Shown in pieces: positions 11,172 to 24,655 of a stretch of DNA of 64,000 nt (the first letter of the stretch is position 1; every line of letters begins with the position of its first letter). The stretch comes from Chiloscyllium plagiosum (taxonomy: Eukaryota): the NCBI RefSeq assembly GCF_004010195.1, contig NC_057719.1, forward strand, positions 46,356,137-46,420,136. The letters run 5' to 3'. The position numbers and the translations under genes were made by a program. Below the pieces are notes generated by a model. That model had not been told where the DNA came from. It made no database searches and saw nothing but the letters and a program-made list of their open reading frames with translations.

Positions 11172-13839
11172 ACTTCCTATTATTGGAACAGCCATGATTA
11201 AAACCATGACCAGCAGTGCCACTGAAAGCATTGAAAATTATAGTATGTTCCCAATTACTCCCACCAGCATCACACAGTCTCTTCTGATTTACAGGCTGCA
11301 GATAATGTAAGCATGCATCTCTTGTTGTATCTCTTCCCTTCACTGTAACTCTACTTTCCTGCCTTTCTCCTTTCAAAATCCCAAGAAGTGAAACTTGGCC
11401 AGTCTGTGGTGAGACTGATGATGATGAAACCTGTACTTTAGAGCTTAGTGTAGAGATGAGATCTGCACAATGGTGAGTCACTTGGAATAAGTGGCCTTCA
11501 GCTGCGACGGGAGAAAGATGGAGCAGAAATGAGTTTGCCAGAGTTTGCAGTCATGCCTGAATTCTGCTTAGAGGATGCAGATGAGGACCCTGATGAGGTG
11601 GCATTCAGGAAAAGGCTGGTGACTACGAATAGACAAATGTTTAGTATAGTAACAGACCAGCTAGAATGCTCTGTCCCTGTCAAAGAACATGGACTCATGA
11701 CTCTTTTAAACAACTGCAATGTGTTGTCATCCTCAAACCTGAAATAAGCAGAGCTTTGATATTCCCTGATCTTACCTTGATCCTCACTATTGAGTGAATC
11801 TAGATAACTTTGTGATCAATATGATCTTTATAATATCCAGGTACAACCACATGGTTAGTTTTGAATATGGGGTGAAATGATTGGCAAAATGAGATGGGAC
11901 AAACAGCCTTTCACATCTGTAACTATCTTACATTCTTGTGATATCTTATTGGCTGTTCATCACAATGACATGTTTTTCCCATGCAGTACATTGTAACAAA
12001 TTGTATGTTATAATTGGATTTTTCTGAAGGATCATGCAGCATAACAGTAGGCCAGATCTACAGATGTATATGAGCCTTTCTGTCACTATTTCTATTCCGA
12101 GTTTGACTCTGTGCTGTTACTAAACCATCCACTGCAGGTATGTGGAAACCATTGGGTGATCACAGAGCACTCTCATACATCCCAACTGCTTGCACTCCTT
12201 TGGCCATCATCTTCTTGTTCTTCATATTCTTAAAAGAGCAATTCCTATGGGAAATAAATTAATGCAGGTAATAGTACTGCACATGAAAGGAATTGGACAG
12301 TGGACGTCTTACAAGAATGTAAGTGCCAAAATGTTTTTAAAAAGTAGGAAAACCAGACAGACTTAGCCTCAAAACCAGTGCAATAATCTTTTATTTTGGC
12401 CTTATAAATTTAATGATTGATGTGCTCAACTTGATTGGTATCCAATTAATGTGATCTTAAATGGCATAAGGACTGGAAAATAATAATAGACAGCATTAAA
12501 AAAATACTTTTGAACGATTGACATCTAATTTGCAAGGCCACTGCCTGATTTAAATTCAAGCTTCCTCCACCCATTCATTTAGCAACTGATAAAGTACTTC
12601 CTTGTGACATGTCCCCATAATGCCTTGGCATAATGTTCTGTAAAATGGATGCATGGATTGACAGAGATGGAAGAATTAACTTTGATGTCCCCAGGTGCAC
12701 AAATTACTTGTTATGGAAGTGTTCTTGTATTCATAATTTTTAAATAAAAAAACCTCCTTGTGCTCTTCATTTCTGATGCTAATGGAATTTGCAAAGCTGT
12801 GCAAGGTGTCTAAATAATTAATGAAATTCATAGCAGGATTTGCAGCTGAAAGTGATGATGAGTTTTTTTTTGCCTTAAGACATCTTATGCCATCTGTCCA
12901 CTTGTTATTAAGGAAAACAAAAATGGATTAAGTACTCAGATACAATCCTATAATTGAGCATTAAGTCACCATGTCATTTGTTCATATGCAAAGGCACTCA
13001 GAAAGTTGTAAAGCCATATGTTACTGTGAAGAAAAATTTTTATATTCCTGTTGCAGCTGCCCACTGGTGAATGTGACAAAATGGCTGCTTGTGCTTTTTT
13101 TTAGCTGATACAAGACGGTTGAAGCAAACTGTAGCTGATGCAGCATTTCACATAGCTCAATCACTGGCCTTCACAAACTGAGAATCACAACAGAGTCTTA
13201 GTAAGTTAGGGCTAGAATGCAGACAGTAAGACTCACCTATTTTGACAACAGTACCTTCGATAGAAACTGTCTGATTTGAAATTTCCTATTCTAATATGAA
13301 ATGGAAAGAGGAAGTTTGACCCACTTAAATGAGGCCTTTTAAATAACTATAGTTATGTATGAGAGTAGACGCATCCATACAACAATAATAGTTAAAATGT
13401 ATTAGACATTGGGCAGTTTAATTAGATTTCAGTAGGCACTCAGTCTTGGATGCAGGGACTGACAAACACCCTTGGAGAATCTTAATAAGAACCTGGTATC
13501 AGCTAGTTCAAAGTTTGTTATTTAGTACAAATTAGAGGAAAAGTCTGATCCCACAATAATCAACTTTTAGGTAACTGTTACTACATATGAAATACACCTA
13601 TATGGGTGTGTTAAAATTATAAATTCAACTGAAAAATAACATTAAGGGATTCAGCTGAATTTTCTTGAAGTAAATAGTTATAGTCAGTATAGAGAAGCTT
13701 CTGCTCTGTTAGCAGGACAATCAGAACAGCAAAAACATATAAACAAGATAATCTCGTAAGAGTACCAAGAGACAAATAACATAGCAATAGTGCTGAAACA
13801 TTTCTGAAACAGGGTCGCAATGACCTCAAGAGAATAATC

Positions 13840-14186
13840 ATAAGATGCATGGATAGGGTAAATAGACAAGGCCTTTTCCCTGGGGTGGGGGAGTATAGAA
13901 CTAGAGAGGCTTAGGGTGAGAGGGGAAAGATATAAAAGGGACCTAAGGGGCAACTTTTTCACACAGAGGATGGTGCGTGTATGGAACGAGCTGCCAGAGG
14001 AAGTGGTGGAGACTGGAACAATTACAACATTTAAAAGGCATCTGGATGGGTATATGAACAGGAAGGATTTTGAGGGAAATGGGCCAAGTGCTGACAAATG
14101 GGACTAGATTAACTTAGGATATCTGGTTGGCGTGGATGTGTTGGACCAAAGGGCATGTCTTCATGCAGTACATCTCTATGACTATA
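13840..14186 (+). mobile_element. HER1-type CR1 LINE 3' end
   Basis: ORF 13916..14107 (RGERYKRDLRGNFFTQRMVRVWNELPEEVVETGTITTFKRHLD) and ctctatgact tail. Confidence 0.92.
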
Positions 14187-14724
14187 AACAATTATGGCTT
14201 CACAATCTACCAAACAGCTTAAAGAACAGGGAGGAATGGCAGAGAAAAGTGATAAGAAAAGGGACAGAAAGAGGTCATGTCTCCTAGAACCTTCAAGAAT
14301 TCAAATGATTTGATAAAACAGTAAAATTGATTGAATTTCATTCCCAGCAAGGGGATTTGAATAGGAGCTATCTTATTTAGTAAAACTATTCACATTGGAA
14401 CCAGAATATGGTGACTGTTAGAGGTTTCACTATATTTTACTGTATTATTCACTGTAAAACGCAAGTGATAATAAATAAATCACTCATTAAAGTAATGAGA
14501 ATATAGTGTATCCTGGTATCAAACTTCTGTTTTAAACATCTTACAGCACGTAAATAGAAGAGGTTATAAATGGGAGCTGTTAGACAGAGAGACTGTGTTT
14601 GCTTGACCTTTAAAAGTCGGGTAAGAGGGAAGCTGCTCCCGAACCTGTCAGCTTTGTCTCAGAATTGTAATATTAGGTGTAACTATGAATACCTATGAAT
14701 AAGTAGGGTTGTAGAGTTTGACGT

Positions 14725-15130
14725 TGGGGCTAATTTCCCTGGAGCATTGGAGGCTGAAAGGTGACCTTATAGAGGTTTAGAAAATCATGAGACGCATGGA
14801 TAGGATAAATAGACAAGGTCTTTTCTCTGGGGTTGGGGAGTCCAAACCTAAAGGGCATAGGTTTAAGGTGAGAGGTGAAAGATTTGAAAGGAACATAAGG
14901 GGCAACTTTTTCATGCAGAAGGTGGTGCATGTATGGAATGAGCTGCCAGAGGAAATGGTGAAGACTGGTACAATTACAACATTTAAAAGGCATCTGGATG
15001 GGTTTATGAGTAGGAAAGGTTTAGAGGGATAAGGGCAAACTAGATTAGGTTAGGATATCTGGTTGGCATGGATCAGTTGGACCGAAGGGTCTGTTTCCGT
15101 GCTGTGCATCTCTATGACTCTGTGACTCTA
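14725..15130 (+). mobile_element. HER1-type CR1 LINE 3' end
   Basis: ORF 14787..15032 has the same CR1 C-terminus. Tail ctctatgactctgtgactcta. Confidence 0.92.
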
Positions 15131-15305
15131 TTGGTAGAAATTAACATCCTTTCTAATCTTATGTACTAAGATTAGCGAGGATTATAAATTGCATAACAGA
15201 ATTTGAAAAGTCTTTAGTAATAAGCAAACATATAATGCAGCTGGCAGATATCAGGGAAAGGTGACAATAGTCAATAAGATGTATTATTGACTATAGTCAA
15301 TAAGC

Positions 15306-15605
15306 TGTATTGCAAGAGCCCATGTACAGGCGATAGGGAATCTGGCAAACATCACAAGATGATGGGAGGACCTAGGGTTGACCAGAATGTTGTCCATTAT
15401 TGATTGTGTATTCACAGGATTAGATGTGTAGGTTAGGAGGCACATGGCAGGCGCTGGTGTTGCATGTAACGATTGTAATGCGGTATGTATAAATACCCTG
15501 CACTTTATTGGGAAATGGAGAGTGTCCTAGAGACCTCTCCCACACTTTGTTGTTAAAGAGTTCTGAATAAAGATTGAGTTGTGCTGCTGAACACAGAACT
15601 CAACA
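15306..15605 (+). mobile_element. Possible solo LTR
   Basis: TGT...ACA termini, TATAAATA at 15488 and AATAAA at 15566 in LTR-like order. No clear TSD. Confidence 0.4.
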
Positions 15606-18600
15606 CTCCTCTTTAGAATCCTTCTCCAAAAAATTATTTCCCCTGTCTAAAATGTGAAACACTTAAAAATACGACACACTTACATTTTTGACATTATTTC
15701 TGTTATTACAATGTGCTTGCAATACATAATTGTGTCCTTAAATTGATTTGAGCACCATACATCAGATGAGCAACTATTAACAATGTCGAGTGAGTAATCT
15801 GTACTTGGAACTGCAATTGACCCAGGATCCATTGTTTACTTATTGTAAAGTTTCACATTTTCAGGACTTCTTGAGTGAAAAAATACTTGAACATTTCGAG
15901 ACTGAATGACCTAACATTTCACTTTAAGATTATGCACTCCTTGATCTCGATTTTCTCTTCAGAGGAAATAGTTTACTGTATGTACAAGCTGAAACCTTTT
16001 ATCATTTATGAGGACCCCAATTAGATGACTCTTCTATCTAATCTCAAGATCAAACAACACATAATGGACCTTGAAGGAATTATAAAATTACATGAGTTAA
16101 GTCTATAATTGGTATTCACTTCTTAATGTTTCTGCTCTCATTTATACTAAAAAAAAGCAATTCATTTTCAGCTTTAAAGAAATAAAATTGAATAATTCAA
16201 AATAACTTGCCATTGAATGATCTGAAATTCTATCAGTAGGAGAGGACTGATTAGTAATGCAGGGCCATAATGATCTATTGTAGTAAGAGCATTATAAGTA
16301 GTTGTAAAACATGCGCCTCATTAGCATTCACCAACCTATTCTGCAACTCATTGGGGAATACTCTTAGTGGATATGCTTCAGCACAGGAAAAGCTGACTGG
16401 AATGAATTTCACAGATGCTGCGTAAGAAAACAATTTCTGGTGTGCTTGATAATGAGCATAGGTGAGCCCTGAGTCCCTGAAGGCAGCACATATCAATTTA
16501 TTGAAGAAACAAGCTAATCTTAAGGAGCATGGATTTGTAAAAAAATGTATTACTTGAGGATTAGACAATAAAGTTAAATCATAAACTACTGTTTGCTTTT
16601 CAATTTAACGCAGTTGTGGTTGAACCTTAACCACAAATGTTGCAGCACTTCTTAAAGAACTGATTGCCATCCCATTATCGTTTGGAACCTAGAGGTTTAC
16701 AACACAGAAAGAGCCCATTGGCCCATTGTGTCTTTGCTATATAACACAAAATCGAACCAGACAGTTCTACTGTCTCACCATAGCCCTGTGTTTTGGTTCT
16801 AGTTCAAACATTTATCCAAGATTCCTGTAGAAGATACAATATTCTTTGCCTCAATCTTTCCCAAAGTTGCCTGAATGCTAATACTTTTAATGTCTTCATA
16901 TTATACACCCCATTGCTGGCTGATCACCTTTTCACTTCAACCACCACTTGGTCAGTGGTTTTGCAATTCCTCATTTATCTCAATTGGAAATCGGCACTGA
17001 TACTTGCTGGCTTGCCTGCATTTGTGGCAGGGTGGAAGCTAATAGGGGTGTGAGTGATGTGGGAATCTGCCAACTGGTCATAACCATCATGGCATCTCTC
17101 CATTGCACTGGCAAGGCACTCTGGAATCACAGACTGGCATTACAAGGCTCACTGCCAACTAGCATTAACAAGGTACAGCAAGGAGTTTTTGTGCACAGGG
17201 GCAGGCATTCAGCTCACAGATTGGACCAAGCTGCATTTCAGGGCTGCTTACTTTTCTCTTAGCACTTGCTTATCTAATTCTGATCTGCATATTCATACTT
17301 TCCATGCCTTGCGTGCCTTGCCTTATCGTGTCATGCCAATCTGCACAGTCACACAACCAGAAAGCCTGCCTTGCTGCTCAGCTGTCCTCAGTGAAGCGGG
17401 TGGATATCTTGCTGTATGCTCTGTCAATCTCACACCCACTCCAAGTACCAGGAGCTTATGCAGAAAACACATGGCATATGCAGCACATAGGCAGCCATGT
17501 TTCAAAGCCTTAATGAATAAGCTTTACTGAAGCCCATGGAAGGATGGTCAGTCAAGGGGTGCTGGGTCAGTAAATCAAATGCAGATTCTGATACCAGCCC
17601 AGAGAATTGGCCATGGCCAGCTGTCCACTCAGGATGATTTTGATCAGGGAATCCATGCATCTACAATTCAGGGAGTGGATCAAGGTTAGTCCTGTGGCTC
17701 CACAGCAGACAATATGGGAGATATACAGCCACCAGTCAGGGCTCTGGATACTTCTTGTCCAGGGCTGTCCAATTGTGTCAGCCCTCCCTCTTGGAGACCA
17801 AGGAGCTAGGCTGTTCCTTATTTTTTTGTCACTCCTCTTGGGGTGTTTTTGTATCCTGTCAGTTTCCTTCAACTCTGCCTCTGATATGGGCGGTGGGTAA
17901 CACACAGTAGCTTGCCCCGGCACCCAGAGCATCTCAGAAGAAAATGCATTCACCTCTTCTGCTGTGTCCATTTCAGATTCTGAGGTATGTTCAACACTTG
18001 AGTTTGCAGCTTTCATATGGTCCATGTGCTTGTTCAGAACTGTCACACCTACCCAAATCTTATACATGACTGAACCTGACCTCACGTCAACCACGCCTCT
18101 TACTCATGCAGGGTTACTCCCATGAGTCCTACATGAAGCTTGGCCCCTGAAGTGAACTTTCTCTCTCACTGATAGAACCTTGTGTCCAGCATTGGCGTTC
18201 CTGATGCTATTTCACCCTCCCCCTGTTCAGGTTCAGGAAGATCAGGTTTAACCTGATGTGGAGTCTTCTTCCCATTAGCAACTCTGCTGGAGCTATCCCT
18301 GCAGTTGCATGAGGGATAGTCCTATAATGTAGTAGGAACCGGGGCAGTTTGGTATCTGGTGAACCTGTAGGCTGTTTCTTTGAGTCTGCCTTCAAAGTTT
18401 GGACTGCTCTTTCTGCCAGACCATTGGATGATGGATGGTATGGATCTGTCCTTATACAATTGATATTATTCAACTTTAGGAAATACTCAGCTTCCCTACT
18501 TGTAAACGATGGTGATTTATCTGTGACTAATATTTCCGCAAGTCCGTGTATTGTAAAAGATGCACACAGTTTTCTAGGCATCCCAGTGTTTGATGAATTG

Positions 18601-19940
18601 ACTCTATGCATGTTCAGCTATTTTGAGTGGGTGTCCATAATGACTAAGAACACTGAGCCCATAAAGGGCCAGCATAGCTGATGTGTAACCGAGTCCAGGG
18701 TTTACCAGGCCATTCCCAAGAATGTGGAAAGCTGCTGGCTCCAATTTTTGTCCTTGCTGGCACGCTGGGCACTGCCCACCAATGCAGCTATGTCTGCATC
18801 CAATCCTAGCCACTGGCCAACATCTTCATTTTGGAAACTCCAGGATGACTCTGGTGGAGTTCAGCCAGTATCTGGTAACGACTTTTGCTTGGGACAAGCA
18901 GTCTCGCTTCCCATAATAATTGCCGTCCTCTGCTTTGATCTGATCTCTCCAGGTTCAAAAGGCTTTCAATTCTGGTTGTGATGGGCCTTTGGTTTGCCCC
19001 CATCACCACTAGCTGTTACAGTTTTACTAGAACTGGATCTTTCAGCATCCACCGTCTAATATTGTCAGCTGTGACTGGAAGTGTGTCCAGAAAATTAAAA
19101 ACCATTACGGACTTCTCATGGTACTACTACTGGTGGTGTACCTGCCAGTGGGAGGCAGATCAATGAATCCACATTTGCTACTTGGCCATCTGGATGGTGT
19201 TCCAATTTGTAATTATACGTACTTAGTATTAGAGCCCACCGCTGAAATCAGCCTGAAGCTATGGGCAGCACGGTCTTGTCCTTTTTAAGTAAATCTAGCA
19301 GGGGTTTGTCATCCGTTATTATTCCAAATTTACATCTGTAAGGGTATTGGTGGAACTGCCTGACATCAAATATGACCACCAAAACTTCTTTCTCTATCTG
19401 GGTGTACTTACGCTCTGCAATAGCCAAAGCCCTGGATGCATACACTATTGGGCATTTCTCTCCATTGATCCACCTATGAGCTAATACTACCCAGATGGCA
19501 CTTGGGGAGGCATCGCATGTCAATATCAGATCTCACTTGGGATCATGGTGTGCCAACACCTTAGAGGATGATAGCTGCTTCATCACCTCACTGAACACTA
19601 TTGTTTAGGCTGTGCAACCATTTCCAAGGCTGACTCTTTTTTCAGAGTTGATGCAAAGGTGCCAGGATGGAGGCCAGGTTACATACAAAGTTTTCGTAAT
19701 AATTCACCAGTTCTAGGAAAGACCTAAACTCCAGTACAGACATGGGAACCGGGGCACCTTTGATCGCCCTCACTTTATCTTCCACCTAGTGTAACCCACC
19801 CTTGTTGGCTCCATAGCCCAGGTATGTCACTTGGGGGGTGCCTGAAATGCACATTATTCCCTTCTAAGGCCTACACCTGCCCGGGGGAAACGTCTAAGGA
19901 CTGTATTCAAGTTCTCTAAGTGCTCCATATTAGTCTTCCC

Positions 19941-20498
19941 TGTTATGGACCAGATCAACCCCCTCAAAATATTTTACGAAGGTAGCCTAGACCCTAACGT
20001 TTTCTTATTTTAAAGGCTGATGTGAAGTGGGTGTTCCAGGTGTGATGCGTCTAGTCAAACCACTTAGCTTTAAGAAAAACACTACAGTTAAAACACAAAG
20101 GAAAGCTGAATTTAGAATAACTTAATTGTTAGAAAACTTAACTGACCCAATACAGTAACTATTACTTATTAACTGTTCCAATACAGTAACATCCCATAAA
20201 CATATCACATGGCAAAAAGGTAAATTCAAACACAGATTCTTACAGGCAGGAGGGAATAACATCCAGAGAGAGATTTCAGAGAAGGTCAGTCAGGAATTCT
20301 TTACTGAAACTTGGAACACTTCTGGTCTCAAACCATCTTGTGTTTGCCACAGCTAAAAATACTCAAAAATAACCTGAACTGGTAGAACTGGCCACTCCCC
20401 TTCCATTGTTAAACTGTTACTCCCTATACTCTTTGGCACGATTTCTGTTCAAAAAACCAAGGATAAAATAACCTTCTTAAAGTGACAGCATAGTCACA
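19941..20498. mobile_element. Solo-LTR-like insertion interrupting the Gypsy RT
   Basis: Unrelated ~560-bp segment with TGTTAT...GTCACA ends. The RT frame (YLNDVLI / GKT) resumes on either side. Confidence 0.6.
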
Positions 20499-20743
20499 AT
20501 TAGCACATCATTGAGATAAATGGCAACCAGGATAGACCTTGTAAAATGTTCTCCTTTGTCCACTGAAAAATGACACAGGCTGATGAAACCCCAAATGGCA
20601 GTCTTATATGTCGGTACAAACCCTTAATTGTAGCATACTTCTGGGAATCCTTATCTATCAACAATGGCTCATGTCCAGTTTTGTGAAGGACAGCTCCCCC
20701 TGCCAGTTTGTGTGTAAGTCCTCTTTGTGAGGGAGATGGTATA

Positions 20744-22765
20744 TAGAGGAACCTTGATTATCCAAATAAAGATTATTCGAATTTCAGATTATCTGAAGAA
20801 GATCTCAAGGTCCCACAAAAACGTTACATCAGAGAGGTAAGTGTATTCAATTTACCTGTATTGAAGAACATGTGAAAACGCTGGCAAAAACATAGAAACA
20901 CAAGCACTTAGAGTCATAGAGTCATATACAGCATGGAAACAGACCCTTCAGTCCAACCCATCCATGCCGACCAGATATCCCAACCCATTCTAGTCCCACC
21001 TGCCAGCACCCAGCCCCATATCTCTCCAAACCCTTCCTATTCATACACTCATCCAAATGCCTCTTAAATGTTGCAATTGTACCAGCCTCCACTACTTCCT
21101 CTGCCAGAATTGCACGCAATATTCCAACAGTGGCCTAACCAATGTCCTGTACAGCCGCAACATGACCTTCCAACTCCTGTACTCAATACTCTGACCAATA
21201 AAGGAAAACATACCAAATGCCTTCTTCACTATCCTATTTACCTGCAACTCCACTTTCAAGGTGCTATGAACCTGCACACCAAGGTCTTTTTGTTCAGCAA
21301 CACTCTCTAGGAGCTTACAATTAAGTGTATAGGTCCTGCTAAGATTTGCTTTCCCAAATGCAGCACCTCCCATTTATCTGAACTAAACTCCATCTGCCAC
21401 TTCTCAGCCCATTGGCCCATCTGGTCCAGATCCTGTTTTAATCTGAGGTAACCTTCTTCACTGTCCACTACACCTCCAATTTTGGTGTCATCTGCAAACT
21501 TACTTACTGTACCTTATATGCTTGCATCCAAATCATTTATGCAAATGACAAAAAGTAGAGGACCCAGCACCGATCTTTGTGGCACTCCACTGGTCACAGG
21601 CCTCCAGTTTGAAAAACAACCCTCCACCACCACCCTCTGTCTTCTACCTTTGAGCCAGTTCTGTGTCCAAATGGCTAGTTCTCCCTGTATTCCTTGAGAT
21701 CTAACCTTGCTAATCAGTCTCCTATGGAAAACCTTGTCGAACACCATACTGAAGTCCATATAGATCACATCTACCGCTCTGCCCTCATCAATCCTCAAAA
21801 AACTCAATCAAGTTTGTGAGACATGATTTCCCACGCACAAAGCCATGTTGACTATCCGTTATCAGTCCTTGCCTTTCCAAATACATGTACATCCTGTCTT
21901 TCAGAATTCCCTCCAACAACTTGCCCACCACTGACGTCTATACTTCCCTTGCTTGTCCTTACCACCCTTCTTAAACAGTGGCACCACGTTAGCCCAACCT
22001 CCAGTCTTCTGGCACCTCACCTGTGACTACCGATGATACAAATATCTCAGCAAGAGGCCCAGCAATCACTTCTCTAGCTTCCCACAGAGTTCTAGGGTAC
22101 ACCTGATCAGGTCCTGGGGATTTATCCACCTTTACTCATTTCAAGACATCCAGCACTTTCTCCTTTGTAATATGGACATTTTGCAAGATGTCACCATCTA
22201 TTTCCCTACAGTCTATATCTTCCATATCCTTTTCCACAATAAATACTGATGCAAAACTCAAGCACCAGTGACTGGATTTTTTTTTAGGTAAGGATTAGTT
22301 ACACAGCCCTTTGCAAAAGTAGGTATTTTACAATATTCCCATCACTTTACCAGGCTGTTCATGAAAAAAATGGTCAAGAACGTACATGCATGCGCGAGGT
22401 GGTGCTTCTGTCTGTTTATCGCAAGACTGAGTTCACAGAAACTGACAAATGTTCTTGTGATCGAAGAAGTAGTTTGGGGCCTTGTTTAATGCTGTCATCA
22501 CCGCTCCTTGCCAAATGCTAACTACCGCTGCATTTTAAAAACGCTTTCTCATGTTATCATTGCTTTATTTTGTTCATAATGTGAAATCTGTGTCCTCTTA
22601 CACTCAATACATTTAAATTATAGATTTAAACAAATTCTCTGGTAGAGCACAACGTTAGATCAGCATGGCGTCCCTTGTTTAAGGTAAAATTGATTATCTG
22701 AATAATCAATTATTCCGAATGAAATCGTGTCAGCCCATCTCTTCCGGATAATCAAGATTCCTCTG
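20744..22765. mobile_element. Non-autonomous Tc1/mariner (pogo/Tigger-like) DNA transposon, split by a HER1 LINE
   Basis: Terminal inverted repeats (t)agaggaaccttgattatcc and ggataatcaagattcctctg, each flanked by TA. Removing it restores the Gypsy RT segment QLDxYxLP. Confidence 0.8.
20908..22254 (-). mobile_element. HER1-type CR1 LINE, 5'-truncated, with internal deletions
   Basis: ORFs 21514..21807 ([13 protein letters not shown]...[18 protein letters not shown]), 21092..21373 and 20922..21119. TSD core CAAGCAC at 20901-20907 and 22259-22265. Confidence 0.95.
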
Positions 22766-23953
22766 TATATCCAGCTGTGAAAACCACTTTACCGTTTGTT
22801 TTAAAATCCCTACAAAGACAAACCAACCCATCAGGCTTCACATTTGGTATAACATCCCACAAACCTGACTGATTTGATGATTCCTTCGCTTTCTATTCTT
22901 CTGATTTCTGTCTCTAATTTTGCCCGTAAGTCAAATGGCCTTGTAGAATTGTGGAATTGCTCCCTGGTCAACATGCAAGATGGCCTAGTCTCCTTTGATA
23001 GTCCCTAGACCTCCCTGGAAAACCTCAGGCAGCCATTTCCTAATTGAAAAACATTGAGCCAATCAAGGTTTCCTCACCAATCTTTTTTAACCAATTTCAT
23101 CGCAGCAATCTTGAGTCAGAGCCTTTTACTACAGTCAGTGGTAACTGAACCAGCTACTTCTCAAATGAGAGTGGAACCCAAGTTTTACCCTTAATCTCTA
23201 AAAGCTCCCCAGTCTTCAGTCTAGCCGAGATCTTGCGCCAACTTAAAGATTAGAGTAGAGAGCGAATTTTGTTAAAGACTGGTTCTGCAATCACCGAAAT
23301 GGCCACGCTGGAATCAATGTCAATTAGAACGGGTGACTATTTAACTAGACGTTTATTTGATTGGTTCTGGTTTGGATGTTGCTAGGCAATTTAACTGTTT
23401 CAAACCAGCTATAGATGGACTTTCCAGGGTGTGCACTCTCTTGGATACCCACTAGACCTAAACTGAGTTTTTTTACTCTGCTTAGTTCAAGTGGGACTCT
23501 TTTGCTGTTTTGAGTCTGCATACCGACAACAAATACAGTGGCTTGTTGGCCTGGATCCTGAAGATGATGTTAACTATTGGGCTGAGGCTTGGCTTTGTTT
23601 TGGGGTTTTGCTGTGGGCTGATCAAGAGTCCCTCTGTACAGGGTATGTCCTGAGTGAGGCTATGGAATCACGGTCACTCAGGTGGAGTTACCCAAGCTCA
23701 GTCGGACTGGCAAGGTGTATACTATCATTGTTACACCCTGTGTATTATACATTTCACTTCCCGCATTTTCCAATGATAAATCCAGTTATAGCGTCTGAAG
23801 TCCAATTGGGCTTCAGCTAGTAGGTGCTTTTGCATGGTGCAAGCACCATAGCAAATGGTCTCTCAAGCATCTCTTTCAGGGATAAACCAAAGTCACATGC
23901 CTTTGTCAGTCATCTTACTCAAGTCAAAAATCCCAATACAGAGTTCCCTGGTT

Positions 23954-24303
23954 AGTATCATAGAATCCTTACAATGTGGAAACAGGCCCTTCAGCCCAAT
24001 CAGTCCACACTGATCCTTTGAATTGTAACCCAACCAGGCCCATTTCTCTTACCCTCTTACTTTACATTTACCCCTAACTAATGCACCTAACCTACACTAT
24101 GAACACTTTAGCATGGCCAATTCATCTAACTTGCACATCTTTGGGTTGTGGGAGGAAGCCAGAACACCTGAAGGAAATCTACGCAGTTACGGGGAGAATG
24201 TGCAAACTCCACAATTGCCCGAGGTGGGAGTCGAACCTGGGTCCCTGGCGTTATGAGGCAGCGACACTAACCATTGATCCACCATGCCACTCCTGAGCCA
24301 CTG
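23954..24303 (-). mobile_element. HE1-type V-SINE, full length, inserted in Gypsy gag
   Basis: tRNA-like head (ccaggttcgactccc on the minus strand), V-core ggagtttgcacattctcccc and CR1-like tail. TSD TGGTT at 23949-23953 and 24304-24308. Confidence 0.9.
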
Positions 24304-24655
24304 TGGTTCTTGAACTGCCAAATAAAATGATAGCAACTCAGAATTAGAAGAGGCTTGGGGTCATAATATTCCTTAACTAAACAAAACAATTTTAGTATCT
24401 AGTGCTTCAGGAAAAGTTAGGCTCCTAATAACTGAAAAAGCTGCAGGTCCACAGGCTGTCAGGAGAATTACTCATTGCTTTCCATTTGCCCCAATGTTAT
24501 TTTCCCAGAAAAAAAACACATTCTTTCCACATACTGGGCCCAGTCTTCGATGGCTGGATCCAAATAACGACATGATGCCAGAAATGCTTACTCCAACTCA
24601 AAGATGACTGTTGTGAGCAAGTTTCTTCAGGAGTGTGCTTTTCCCTCATTACCAC

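Noticed and set aside
12064..12137. Possible plus-strand exon (VYEPFCHYFYSEFDSVLLLNHPLQ, donor CAG|GTATGT)
   Set aside because: Poor polypyrimidine tract, unrecognised peptide and no partner exons.
12062..12182. Possible pre-miRNA hairpin (gatgtat...atacatc)
   Set aside because: Pairing is short and interrupted, and the loop is too large.
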